Numbered from the stretch's first letter, positions 37,371 to 50,505 are shown. The stretch: 64,000 nucleotides of DNA from Negaprion brevirostris (GCA_030324005.1 JARDVH010000059.1:68379957-68443956), one strand, 5' to 3'. Numbers and translations are program-made. The notes: generated by a model not told the origin, from the sequence alone.

Positions 37371-38263
37371 TTCGAGCGATGTTCATTCATCCATTGTCGT
37401 AGCGTCTGCATGGTCTCCCAAGACCATCGCATGACAATCACCAGGCAAGACTGTTCCCTTCTTGTTGGCGAACACTTCAGTGGTNNNNNNNNNNNNNNNN
37501 NNNNNNNNNNNNNNNNNNNNNNNNNNNNNNNNNNNNNNNNNNNNNNNNNNNNNNNNNNNNNNNNNNNNNNNNNNNNNNNNNNNNNNNNNNNNNNNNNNNN
37601 NNNNNNNNNNNNNNNNNNNNNNNNNNNNNNNNNNNNNNNNNNNNNNNNNNNNNNNNNNNNNNNNNNNNNNNNNNNNNNNNNNNNNNNNNNNNNNNNNNNN
37701 NNNNNNNNNNNNNNNNNNNNNNNNNNNNNNNNNNNNNNNNNNNNNNNNNNNNNNNNNNNNNNNNNNNNNNNNNNNNNNNNNNNNNNNNNNNNNNNNNNNN
37801 NNNNNNNNNNNNNNNNNNNNNNNNNNNNNNNNNNNNNNNNNNNNNNNNNNNNNNNNNNNNNNNNNNNNNNNNNNNNNNNNNNNNNNNNNNNNNNNNNNNN
37901 NNNNNNNNNNNNNNNNNNNNNNNNNNNNNNNNNNNNNNNNNNNNNNNNNNNNNNNNNNNNNNNNNNNNNNNNNNNNNNNNNNNNNNNNNNNNNNNNNNNN
38001 NNNNNNNNNNNNNNNNNNNNNNNNNNNNNNNNNNNNNNNNNNNNNNNNNNNNNNNNNNNNNNNNNNNNNNNNNNNNNNNNNNNNNNNNNNNNNNNNNNNN
38101 NNNNNNNNNNNNNNNNNNNNNNNNNNNNNNNNNNNNNNNNNNNNNNNNNNNNNNNNNNNNNNNNNNNNNNNNNNNNNNNNNNNNNNNCGGTTGGATTAAA
38201 ACCTGGTGTTGTCAGACTTTTTACTGTGTTTACCCCAGTCCAACGCCGGCACATCCACATCAT
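37371..38263 (+). mobile_element. Penelope-like element (family A) with inverted 5' end, spanning an N gap
   Basis: GIY-YIG pieces ETMQTLRQWMNEHRS (minus, 37371-37420) and HRMTITRQDCSLLVGEHFSG (plus, 37425-37484); family A terminus right of the gap. Confidence 0.8.
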
Positions 38264-38889
38264 GTCCCAGAAGAGACAATGAACCAAAATCTAACCATGC
38301 ATAAAAGGGGCAAAGTAGTGCTTTGGTATCTTTTCAGATAGCTCTGGTACTTCCCATGTGTTCTATGCATGGATTACAGGTATCTTGTTCATTAACACAA
38401 CACACATGTAAGTTGTGGATTCTTTCACACTTCTTTCACCATACAAGCCAGATATGGAAGGCTTGTCAAAGACTTTAGTGATTGGTGAGGCTCTGAATGT
38501 CATCTGCTATAAAGGTCCCTGGAGATCTTGATCCATCTCCTCATTAGCTAAGGAAATAAGTGAGCTGATTTCAATTTCAGCTTTCTACTTCTCCTGAGTT
38601 ACCACTGTCTGCTCCTGCTCATGCATATGGAGTATCATTCAGTGCACTCTCCTCATTATCCATATCCCCAGGCTGATGTACCTGTATGACCACTTTAAAG
38701 ATTTAGATAGTGGAACACAAGTTGCTGTTAATTGCAGGATCTTTCTAGGTCACTGGTCCTTGACTTGGCTTTGTGTGACATTCGTAGAAATATTTATGTC
38801 ATATATCCAGCCCATCATGTCCACGCAGCTAAGAGTTAAATCAGTTGAATCCCACCTTCCAGCAGCTTTGTATTACTGCATCTGAAGTA

Positions 38890-39255
38890 CATATCTGAAT
38901 TTGACGAGAATTTCTGCCTCCACCACTCTCTTCAGGTGCTCCAGATCTCCATCATTGTGATGACAAAACTACCCAACTCCTTTTTAATACTAATTATTTT
39001 CAATCTTTGATCCCTGGTTTTTGACTTCTCTGCTAAAGGAAATTCTTCTTCCTGTCCACTTATCTGGACCCCTCACACTTACATCTTTCAGAAAATCTCT
39101 CTTCAGCCTTTTCTTTTACAATGGAATGATCTCAAGTCTATCCAATCATTCCTCATAGCTAAAGTTCTCAATTCCTGGCAACATCCTCATTAATCGTCTG
39201 TTCCCTCTCTAGTGTAATCACATCCTTTCTCTCATGTGATGACCAGAACACAATA
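38890..39255 (-). mobile_element. CR1 3' fragment
   Basis: TCCAATCATTCCTCATAGCT (antisense of SYEEx motif) and flanking CR1-like sequence. Confidence 0.65.
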
Positions 39256-39257
39256 CT

Positions 39258-39393
39258 AAAGTTCATTTATTAGTCACGAGTAAGGCTTACATTAACACTG
39301 CAATGAAGTTACTATGAAATTGCCCTAGTCTCCACAGTCGGGTACCTGTTCGGGTTAATGCACCTAACCAGCACGTCTTTCAGAATATAAGAG
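39258..39393 (-). mobile_element. 3' part of V-SINE with alternative tail
   Basis: Closely matches 55496-55640 (CTTACATTAACACTGCAATGAAGTTA...CCTAGTC). Confidence 0.75.
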
Positions 39394-40144
39394 NNNNNNN
39401 NNNNNNNNNNNNNNNNNNNNNNNNNNNNNNNNNNNNNNNNNNNNNNNNNNNNNNNNNNNNNNNNNNNNNNNNNNNNNNNNNNNNNNNNNNNNNNNNNNNN
39501 NNNNNNNNNNNNNNNNNNNNNNNNNNNNNNNNNNNNNNNNNNNNNNNNNNNNNNNNNNNNNNNNNNNNNNNNNNNNNNNNNNNNNNNNNNNNNNNNNNNN
39601 NNNNNNNNNNNNNNNNNNNNNNNNNNNNNNNNNNNNNNNNNNNNNNNNNNNNNNNNNNNNNNNNNNNNNNNNNNNNNNNNNNNNNNNNNNNNNNNNNNNN
39701 NNNNNNNNNNNNNNNNNNNNNNNNNNNNNNNNNNNNNNNNNNNNNNNNNNNNNNNNNNNNNNNNNNNNNNNNNNNNNNNNNNNNNNNNNNNNNNNNNNNN
39801 NNNNNNNNNNNNNNNNNNNNNNNNNNNNNNNNNNNNNNNNNNNNNNNNNNNNNNNNNNNNNNNNNNNNNNNNNNNNNNNNNNNNNNNNNNNNNNNNNNNN
39901 NNNNNNNNNNNNNNNNNNNNNNNNNNNNNNNNNNNNNNNNNNNNNNNNNNNNNNNNNNNNNNNNNNNNNNNNNNNNNNNNNNNNNNNNNNNNNNNNNNNN
40001 NNNNNNNNNNNNNNNNNNNNNNNNNNNNNNNNNNNNNNNNNNNNNNNNNNNNNNNNNNNNNNNNNNNNNNNNNNNNNNNNNNNNNNNNNNNNNNNNNNNN
40101 NNNNNNNNNNNNNNNNNNNNNNNNNNNNNNNNNNNNNNNNNNNN

Positions 40145-40196
40145 AGGCTCGAGGGGCTAGATGGCCTACTCCTGCTCCTATTTCTTATGTTCTTAT
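40145..40196 (+). mobile_element. Young CR1 3' end at gap edge
   Basis: Reverse complement of ~4539-4588 with one mismatch. Confidence 0.85.
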
Positions 40197-40299
40197 CCCA
40201 TTACATACCCACTTGTATGAATTTGGTCCTAACTATGCCAATTTTATAGGATATAGGGAACATTCCTTGTTCCAGCAGACCTCTCCCGTCAATGGCTTG

Positions 40300-41625
40300 T
40301 CTGTCACATTGATGACTGTATTGGTGCCATTTCCTGCTCTTGCCCCAAATTGGCAAACTTCAACTTTGTTTCTAATTTCCCCCTGCTCTTACTTTCACGT
40401 AGTTTTTTGCTCACTCCTACTTTCCCTTTCCTGACTTTTCTATTTGCATTTCTGGCAATGGGCTACAAATTTAATATTCATTCTATGCCCACTGAGTCCC
40501 ATGACTATCTCAACTACATTGGCTTACATTCTAAACCCTGTAAGGACTCCATTACTGCTTGTCTTTCACATCTGTTCTATAGGTGCTACTTTCAATACTG
40601 AGCTTTTTGTTTGCAACTAGGACTCCACTAAACACGCACCCCACCCCCCCCCTTCACTGTTGACAGGGCCCGTGACAACATCTCCTGCATTCTTGCTCTC
40701 ACCCTTCCTCTCCCTCCCAGAATCATCACAGGATTCCCCTCATCATCACCTTCTTCACCCCACCACCTTCTGCATTCAATGGATGCATGTGAAACTACCA
40801 CAGACATATCGTCCCTCCCCTTTCAGCATTCTGTTGGGACTGTTCCTTCCATCATACCCTGGTCCATTTCCCAATCATCCCAACACCTTGACTCTTTCCT
40901 GTGGCACCTTTCCATTCAAATGCAGGAGATCCAATATCTGCCCTTTTACCCCTTCTCTTCTCACCATTCAGGGCCCCAAGCACACCTTCCAGGTGAGGCA
41001 GCAATTTATGTTCATATCTTGCAAATTTAGTCCACTGTATTCACTGCTCACAACATGGTGTTCTCCTCATTGGGGAGACCACATACAGATTGGGTGACCA
41101 CTTTGTGGAACAAATCCTTTCAGTCTTCAAACATGACTCTGAGCTTTCAGTGGCCTATCTTTTTAATTCTTCATCTTGGTCTCATGTGTCATTCCTGTTC
41201 TTGGTCTGCTGCACTGTTCCAGTGAAGCTCCAATGCAAGCTTCAGAAATAATACTTCATTTTTTGATCAGGCACTTTACAACCTTCTAAGTTTGACATTG
41301 AGTTCAACAATTTCAGACTTTTCCATTTTGTTTCCTTTTTGGTTTTTGGACAGGAACACACTTGCTCTCGGTAAAACTTTCATTTCTTGTCTTATCGTCA
41401 TTCCCTTTGGCCCTGTAAGACCAACACTTCTGTCATTCAATCTCTTGTGTTCCACCTTATCATAGATCTTCCTCTTGTTCTTATCCCATCCACCCCTTGC
41501 TCAAAACCTATTACATCTCTAACATTCCCCAGTTTTGATGAAAGATCACAGAGTAGCAACGTTAAATCTATTTCTCTCTACAGATACTGCCTGACTTGGC
41601 AAACATATCCAGCATTTTGTTTTAA
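40300..41625 (+). mobile_element. Decayed Penelope-like element (family B): RT C-terminus, Cys-rich linker, GIY-YIG and terminal repeat
   Basis: PTESHDYLNYIGLHSKPCKDSI, CGTFPFKCRRSNICPFTPSLLTIQGPKHTFQVRQQF, IGET-like motif near 41070; eroded hammerhead at 41531-41567. Confidence 0.8.
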
Positions 41626-42409
41626 TTACTTATTTTCTGTCTTTTGCTTTCAGTTTTCTGAATCTACATTCATGTTCCCATTCCCTTGCCATGTTATTTT
41701 AAACTCTCACCAACATCCCGAGCAAATCTGTATGCCATGATAATGGCCCCAGCCTAGTGGAATCTGTCTGGTCTGTTCCATAGAATCATTTCCCAGCACT
41801 CCACTAATATAAAGTCCTTTCTTCTGCACCATTACTCCAAACTCACATTTGGTTGTTCTATCCTTCCATTTCTTACTCACTAGCATGTAGCACTGAGTGT
41901 CACTTAAAATCACTTTCTATGAGATCATACTCAATTTCTTGCCTATTCCCTAAAATCTACCCTCTTTCTGCCTATGCTATTTACATGAACCACAGTCGCT
42001 GACTGTTCATCTCCTCCATTTCCTACAGCTGCTCTGACATTCTGGATCCTGGCACGAGGGAAGTAACATTTCATCCTGGAGTCACATCTGCAGTGGTAAA
42101 AATGCCTGTCTGTTCCCCCATCACTATCATCTTAACCAATTCTCTTCCACCCAGCTGAGCTGCCTATGGTGTAGTGGTCTTGGCTCTGACCGCACTCTTC
42201 AGAGCTGAATAATTTAACTCTTTCAGAGTCATAATTTGTATTCAGGGCCAATATATCCTTCCCAGGATGAAGTGCCCAGAATGGAATGCGGTAAATCAAA
42301 CAGGAACTACCCAGAGATTTAAATAACCTATATGTAACTTTCACCCCAAGTTAAAAGATCAACATTCTCTTCCAGCATGTTTAACAGTTGTTGGGTAGTA
42401 CGGAGTTGA

Positions 42410-42720
42410 GTATTGCTAGAAAGAGGCTTGCTGTCAAAGCTTTTCATCTTGTGCTAATTAGGACAAAAGCAAAAATACCAAATTTCAAAGGGAGCAATAA
42501 TTTATACTGCATGAGAAAAGGATGTTGATTCAGTGGGGCATTGCCATGCAGAATGCACCAGGGAACTCTTGTTCCCCATGCTTTGTACTTTAATGATTGG
42601 ATATATTCCTGCATTTAAATACATGCAGTTTCTAGCAAACATAAATGAGTCACAGACCAACTGATCAACTTATATTAATTGTTAGTGGAGCTCTTAGCAT
42701 ACTCAGGATTGTTCAATTCG
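42410..42720 (-). mobile_element. Penelope-like element 3' fragment (family C)
   Basis: Minus strand LNNPEYAKSSTNN*YKLISWSVTHLCLLETACI resembles a GIY-YIG C-terminus; hammerhead-like motif at 42432-42465. Confidence 0.6.
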
Positions 42721-42999
42721 TAACATCACAAGATTGAAGAGATAAATCAGATCCAGGCAAGGTTTGTGAGGGGGGATTGGGTACTACTAAGCTCAGATGC
42801 CCACATCACTGCAGATTTCTTAAGGCAGTACGCACCTTAAGTGGGTGTACGTGTGGGTTGGTGTAAAGAATGGGAGTGTGTTCTGGTCAACATATTTCCA
42901 TGTTACCTATGTGGAATGTTCCCATCAAAATCTGACGTTTCCTTTTGTGCAACATGCAAGTATAGACCTTATTGCATTTCCCTTATTAAAAATGTAAAA

Positions 43000-45900
43000 T
43001 TCAAAGGAATTAAATTTTATTAAACATTGCAATAACAGGATTCTTTATTTACAACAGCATTATTTAACATCAAGTAAGCAAATGACATCAGCAAAAGCAA
43101 TATTAGTTAACAACTTGCATAAATGTATTTTTTTAAAATTTCTTTGAATATACCTAACTTGGCATAAATTGCTCACAATAAGGGTACAAACATGGATGCC
43201 TGAAGAAGAAAACAAAGATGTTTAGTGTGAACTAAAAAAAAATACATCTCTGAACTTGCAACACTGTAAGCCTTCTGAAGAATCTTACTTTACATATTGC
43301 TTAGAATTTGCAACTTTCAATATACACCTCTCAGAGACATGGGAGAAAAAACATTTTACAAAGAGTGACCCCTACTGACCACAAAGGAACAAAATAACAG
43401 CAAAAAAAACTAAGCATTAACCATGGGCCCATATTGCTGATATTTCTATTTACCTGACAAAAAAAATTAATAACTGATGACACATCCAGAAATTTTACAC
43501 AATTCACTATACAAACAATATAATACAACAAACAGCTGCTAGGAATATACAGGACATTAAAAACATATCTAAGGCATTATGCTAAGTTATAGCATTTGAG
43601 GTTCCTGCACTGTACTAAGAAATTGACAGATTTTACAAAACAAGTTCAAGCTCTAAATGAAAAAAAAATAGAAGGGAATTGCCTATCAAATTGAAAATCC
43701 GTAGAATAGTTTGTACAGAGAATGTGTCTGCATCCAGTCAACAATCAATTGTGTAGAAATACTATAAAATGATGTTGAACCACACCAACATATCATGGCT
43801 TAGCTGTATTTTAAAATCAACTCAGTGAAATCTTTGGATTTTGCAAACGGAGCTACGTAGCCCTGCTTGTCTGCAGTGTATAGCATCACAATACATAGTT
43901 CTCNNNNNNNNNNNNNNNNNNNNNNNNNNNNNNNNNNNNNNNNNNNNNNNTATAGATTGAACATAATGCAATCAGAGAGATGTTGCTTCCCAATGAAAGT
44001 AGCTCCCGTGCATCCTCTTTCCAAGAGAATAGACCTTGATGCATTCAAATCTATAGAAGTTGTAAATTGGGGTTACACTATACAGAGCATAAGTGACCAT
44101 ATGACATAGAACCTCCTCGTTTACACCAGATTTGTTTTTTTTTGTTTTAAAAATCTTTTGGCTCTGTAGGCAATTGCAGAGTTATCTTTTGCACAATTCT
44201 AACAGTGACACATCCAGTTGTAAACCATACCTAGCAAGATAAAGCATAGATACAAAATAGAATAAATACAGAAAACGTGTTAGGTATTACATAATGTTCC
44301 CGTAGACACAAATGCAAAGGTCTAGGCTCTAAAATCTGCAAAATTAAATGCCTGCATTTCAGAAAACTTTCCTAATTCACAGCAATATTTACATAAAGCT
44401 ATATCATATCAAAGCAGTCTGAAACACAATTATGTCATTTCAATACAGAAAGAACAGTTCTTTATCGACTGAATGATCTGTAGCTGAGAGGTGTGGCTGA
44501 ACTCCTTCCTAAAAGCAACTGTTGAGGCAAAAACAGGTCTGTTATTCAATATCTATACAGTGATCAATATGATCAGTGCGGGTTTGAGGCCATAACTGAC
44601 AGCATGTTCCAAGTAGCCTGACACACAAATACAAAGGCATCAGGACCTTATAATAGCTTGATAAACTAAGAATGTAAGCACCTGCTTCCAACTTATTCAC
44701 AAAGTCTTCCAATTTTAATCATACAATTAGATTGAGGGAAACTATGCAGATCAAAGTAGCAATTTGTTGGGTAGTTAGGCATGATATTTGTACAACTTGG
44801 AAAACTAAAAACAGTTGCTCAATATACGTCAGAATCACCAGTTTATTTACTGGCCTTACGAATGTTACTGAATCAAACGCATTAGCTACTTAGAGGCATC
44901 ATGATTCTTTATTTACACGATAAGAGAGAGAGGGAGACATTGCTACCAAGGTATCTAATGTAATACTGTTGTACCTCACTGTGAATCAACAACTTAAGAA
45001 CTTTACTTCATCAAAATTCTACAGGATGTAAAACATATGCTCAAATAAAAGTTATTGCTTGATTACATACTTCAGACGCTTATATACCCAACTAATTTCC
45101 AAAAGCCATCCTGTCTTAATTTACAAAATACTGTACCATATGAAAATATTATGGCTGTTTGTATTATGTTATTTGTGATGACATCTGGTCCTAGACCTGC
45201 AGCATTTTGCATCTGGAAACTGCCAATGAATTTAGGAAATTGTAATGAAGTACTGGGTTTCTGTAGCTTACAAAAAAGTCTTTACTCTCTGATCCCACAG
45301 CATTGTAAGGCTATCATGAACAATAAACTATTTAGAACATTAACTTGAACAGCCCATGCCTTATTTTGTTATGGCTCACAACATTAACATTACTATCCCA
45401 CGAATGCTTATACAAATAAACTCAACCAAACATACCAGTAGCACAGTCATGAGTGTAAAGATGAGTTCCATTCGTTAGAAAAAGCTTACACGCACAGCTG
45501 TGCCTGTGTATATAATTTACCAATGTGGCATTCAAAATGATCTCGACTAATATACATAGGACTGTGGTGAAGTTAATCTGCTCTGTAGAATTTCACTGTA
45601 ATCTGATCAGTTTAATTGTTTTAACTCCTCTGCCCAAATTAAATTGGTGATATTAAATTTTTGGTTTATTGTGCCAGTAAACTTCATAATCTTTCTAAAT
45701 CAACATTTCACATTGGTTACAAATGCAGAATAGGGAAAAACAAACATACTTACCCAGATACATACTTAATAGAAAGTAATCAAAATCCTAAATTTTGAAC
45801 ATATTGATGTAGGTCATTAGAATGGCCAGCTTAAATTGGATTTATTCAATATTCCAAATTAGAATAAAAATCATGCTACCAGGTATAAGAAGCTCTTATT

Positions 45901-48703
45901 GGCAATTCCTGCCTTTGCTGTCTGTGATGTTATGGGTATATCCTGGCGAGACACTATCACAAGTGGCAGTCCTCTCAAAAGGCAGAGCTCCCAAGTTTGT
46001 TAGCACTCAAAGATGGCTTCATTGTCTCACACATTTGCATACCCAAGGACTTTCTGTATAGTGAGGTAACAGGATCCAGATGAGTTGTAGGATGCCCAAA
46101 TCTTTGCTTTAAGGATGTTTGCAAACCGATACAAAGGCCCTAGACAGCAATTATCGCATTGGGAGTTACTAGCTGATGTCAGAGGAAAATTGAGTCACTT
46201 CCTGTCAGCTGGCATACAGCTCCGTGATGGCCAGTGCCTACAGTGGCTTGGCAACACCTCTCAACCCTGAAAACAACCCACAATAACACTTAATAGCTTC
46301 ATCTGTGGCACTTTGTAGCAGAAACTGCCTCTCGAAGAATGGCCTCTAGTTATCAGCAAAGGTGCAGCATGTGAAGATCGCCCATCTCAAGTGGATTGTT
46401 TGTTGCATGGTTCATCATTTTTCGTAGATAGAAAGATGCTGACGGGGGACCAGAAATATTATAAACCAAGCTTAACATATTATTGGCTCTATGTGCATGA
46501 AGAGATTTGGATGACAATGTGGATCTGGTCAAACAATAATTAATTTTCATGTTATGTAACCCAGAATTTGCAGACATCAAGACAACAGTTCTTTGCAGTT
46601 TGATACCATTACTGGAGGTCAAACTAATTGATCAAGGGTAGTTATTTAAAAGCATTATGAAATTTAAAGAGAGAGGTAGTAATACTTCTTTAGATTAATG
46701 TATTTTATCATTAAAAGATTGTGAATCAGCAATTAATTCTGTTAGCTATTCTCTACATGGTGCCACCTCTAAGCAAAAATGAATTTGTTTCATTTCTCTA
46801 AAAGTGTCACAATTTCTGCACTATGTGTTAGTTGGCAGTGAGCCAGTAATCTTTCTGCATCTTCATGCGAATAGAGCCATTATACGATATTTTCTCCAAG
46901 TGAACAGAAGTAGCACATGCTGGCTGTATAAAAACTATACAAAAATATGTAAGCAATATACTACAAAGAGAAAGGAGGGAGACAGGAAATAACCTTTAGC
47001 TTTGCTTCTGTTATTTTGTCTTGACAAAATTATTTCAAAGTGCTTATGATGGAGAGAGACCTGGCAGCTTTCAGTGATGCACCTGAACTTCAGATCACAG
47101 CTCAGTTTGGTTTGCAGGATCATGTTAGAGAATCACATGCTGTAGTGGACAGAGAAGAGACCAGTGACTGCTGCAAGGGAACCTGGTTCACAAGGAACCA
47201 GTCGATTCTCTGAGAAGAGTCTGCTCCTGCTGCTTAGCAATGAAACAGAGCACAGTCTGAGGGAGATCAGTAACTGTTCTGAGAAAAGTGAAAGGAAAGG
47301 GGAGAGAATGAAGTGGGATAATGGAAAAATCAGTCCTTGATTCAAAAGATGCCAGTTATATTTTGCAAGTAGACACCAACTATGACAATAGAAATAGGAA
47401 TGTGGACCAGATGAAAGACAGAACAGTTTTTGCTACCTCTGCAATGAGGGAAGTGGCAATGGGCCCCTGGCTGAGACAAAATCAATTGCTTTTGTTGGTG
47501 ACATTGCTGCTACTAGGATGGTGGGATGTGGGAATTTTCCTGAGGCTGAGGGTAAACTGCTCCTGTCTTTTGTTATGTGGGTAGTGCCATGGGTCACTAG
47601 CTCAGAAGAAACCAGCTGCTCCTGTGGTAGCTGGTGTGGAAACTTGACCTGGGAGGCCACTCGTACGTGTATCTCAAAAGGGGAAGTGGAGAAGAGCCAC
47701 AATTCAGACATGAATTACCGACCAGATCATAACCACTGTAAGAATCAGAAACCATTTCCATCTGCTTATGCAACAGGTCAGAGTTTGTTGGTGCTTTGAT
47801 TTTTTTTTCTATCAACTTGTAACAGTAGCTATAGGACAAGTGATTTTTGTGTCATTGGTGGGCACCTACAGAGTTGAGAATGTTTAACAGGTAGTCTTGG
47901 TCTGTGGAGCCAGAAGCATTCTACTTGTTAACTGTTGTATTTAAAAATGATAACCAAAAAAAAAATCATACACCCTGGATGTTAAGTCATGACTCCACAG
48001 AGCAGAACCCCAGTATAAAAAGATAATACATTAACTCTTTTGCTGACATCAACTAATAAACTACCTGAAGTCTATTCCCATTTGGTTTTATCAAAAACAT
48101 AAAAACAAATTTCAAATTTCATCGAGATACTTTCCAAACCAAAATCTGTTACTCTTACAGCATTCACTCAACTTATCTGCAAGTTTTGTTTCTTTTACAC
48201 ACAGCAAAACCTTTCAAAAAGAGGCTTCATTTCTAAATACTGTTGGAGGAAAACATGGCTGAAAGCCTGCACACTGGATTAAATAGCAGAAAAGTCAGCA
48301 ACCACCAAGGATCAAAATCAAAAGAGCAAAGATATGCTCAGTCTGCAAAACGACGATAGAAATACATTCATCGGACAAGGTTCGACGCCGATGTCAATCT
48401 GTTGTGAGGACAGACTTAAGTCACACTTATGGTGAATGCAATTAATGGGCAAAGCAGCTTCAGTAGGCAAGTACGTTGCTACTAAGGAGCCCGTCACTCT
48501 GTTAGCAACTCTTGTAACAAACAACTTCTCCAAGCCTGGCTGAGGGTTCAATTGGCTGCTGTACTTTTCTTGGCTTGATCTGGTGGAGTTTGTTTGTTGG
48601 TTATAATTGTTACCACCCTAAATGTTGACCTTGCACTGTACATCAGCAAACACATGGATCTTCTGGACCTTGTTGAAAACAGGAGAAATAGCAATCCTGA
48701 GGG
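43000..48703 (-). other. NCOA2: NCOA2 3' UTR (~5.7 kb)
   Basis: Follows the TGA at 48704; no recognisable interspersed repeats; U-rich on the sense strand; minus-strand AATAAA at 43044-43049 and 43016-43021, just before repeats resume. Confidence 0.75.
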
Positions 48704-48715
48704 TCAGCAATACTT
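48704..48715 (-). CDS. NCOA2: NCOA2 terminal coding segment KYC-stop
   Basis: Acceptor gtattatttttcactctgcag followed by AAG TAT TGC TGA, the known NCOA2/NCOA3 C-terminus. Confidence 0.9.
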   Translation of the reverse strand, partial: KYC

Positions 48716-48959
48716 CTGCAGAGTGAAAAATAATACAAAATATGTATTTAGTTAACAAAAACATACATAATGCAACATGGTAAATTTAAGACTTATGTGA
48801 TTTTAATAATAAACACTTCCTTTCTCGTTCTTTACCCTCTACATTTCACAGACATACTGGTTTCAAGTAGTGTTTTTTTAGAAATGACTAACGTACTTCA
48901 GAATGAACTGATCATCCCGGATTCTGGTGCAACAAGTTTAAAAATCAGAACATCCAAAA

Positions 48960-49460
48960 TGAACATGTGCTCTCATCCAGATTTGGAAAGTTTTACTGAT
49001 TTTGCTTCTAATTTCCACTTCTCACCTCTACATCGTCCATCTCCAACACTTCCTTTCTCACTTGATCTCTACATTTCCAGCAATGGATTGACCACCAATA
49101 TTTATTACAAACCCATTCCATCCCATACTCCCAGTTTCTTTGCCTCTGTCATATCTATTCCAATAATGCCATCTTTGAAAATGGCACTTCTGACACATCT
49201 GCCTTTTTCCTTCGAGGTTTTGCCCCTTACTGATGTTAACAAGATACTCACTCATATTCAACCCATTTTCTGCACCTCTGCCCTCATCCCTTCTCCCTTC
49301 CACCCAAGATAGGGTCTCCGGCCTCCACATTCAAAGGATCATTCTCCACCATTTCTGCCAACAAAGTATACTTTTCCCTCACTCCTGGTCTGTGTGGGTT
49401 TCTTCTGGGTGTTCCAGAGGGATTGCTCCCTCCGTGACACCCTGGTCCACTCTTCCACCA
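48960..49460 (+). mobile_element. Penelope-like RT fragment (family B-like)
   Basis: DLESFTDFASNFH, LDLYISSNGLTTNIYYKP and GLHIQRIILHHFCQ motifs. Confidence 0.7.
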
Positions 49461-50194
49461 TTCCAACTCCTCAACCCCTTTTGTTTCATAATACATGAAT
49501 CGCATATAAGATGTTCTCAATATTTTTAACCTTCCACAATCCCTGCCTATTGAACTAGCTTTGCAGTATAGAAAAATTCCAATTCCCAAAATGTGAGGGC
49601 TAGCAGCAGTAGCACAGAAATCAGTACAAAAGTACTGCATACAATGTTACACAGTGTAAATGTATTTTAAAACTATTGCCTTTTAATGAGTTTTTAGAAC
49701 ACAAGAATGGGTTGAGATTTTGCTTAACTAATGGTGAATAATAAAAACAATCTATTGTCTGTACTAATGGAAACACACTCAATTATTTATTGCAGCTGGT
49801 TATTATTCACTTGTAGTAAATCTTTCCTCGAAGTAACGAAAAACACATTCACATCGGCAACAACTATCAAAAACTAACTTTAGTGCTAAATACTTAATGT
49901 TATTTGCTGTGTAAGAGCTGGGAGAAGTTACTTATAGAGGAGCAATAAACAGACAGCACAATAAAATTATGCCACTTTAACCATATTACAATCATCTACA
50001 AAATTCAACTTATCCAATGCTACTTTCAATAACATCCTTCTGGAACGAGATCGTCATTTCAAAAGGTCCAAAGATGAGATTTTTCTTTACTCAAATCCAT
50101 CCAGTATCATACTCTCAATCTAAAAGAATTTTTAAAAATGGCTCGCATTCATACATCGTTCATGATCATTCGCTCTCTCAAAAGGCTTTAAAAG

Positions 50195-50505
50195 CATAGA
50201 AGCCCTACAGTACAGGAGATGGTAATTCGGCTCATCAAATCTGCATCGACTCTTACACAGGCTTATCCTGTAACCCCACATATTTACCCCTCTAATCCCT
50301 CTAACCTACATGTCTTGAAACATTAAGGGAAATTCGGCATGGCCAATCTACCTGACCTGCACATCTTTGGATGTGGGAGAAAACAGAGCACCCGGAGGAA
50401 ACCCACACAGACACAAGGAGAACCTGCAAACTCTGCACAGACAGACACCCGAGGCTGGAATTGAACCCAGGTCCCTGGTGCTGTGAGGCAGCAATGCTAA
50501 CCACT
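50195..50505 (-). mobile_element. HE1-like V-SINE
   Basis: Head AGTGGTTAGCATTGCTGCCTCACAGCACCAGGGACCTGGGTTCAATTCC, V-domain and CR1-like tail. Confidence 0.85.

Noticed and set aside
37332-38287. 316-aa ORFs in the ORF track
   Set aside because: Almost entirely N; only the flanks are real and they are Penelope-like remnants.
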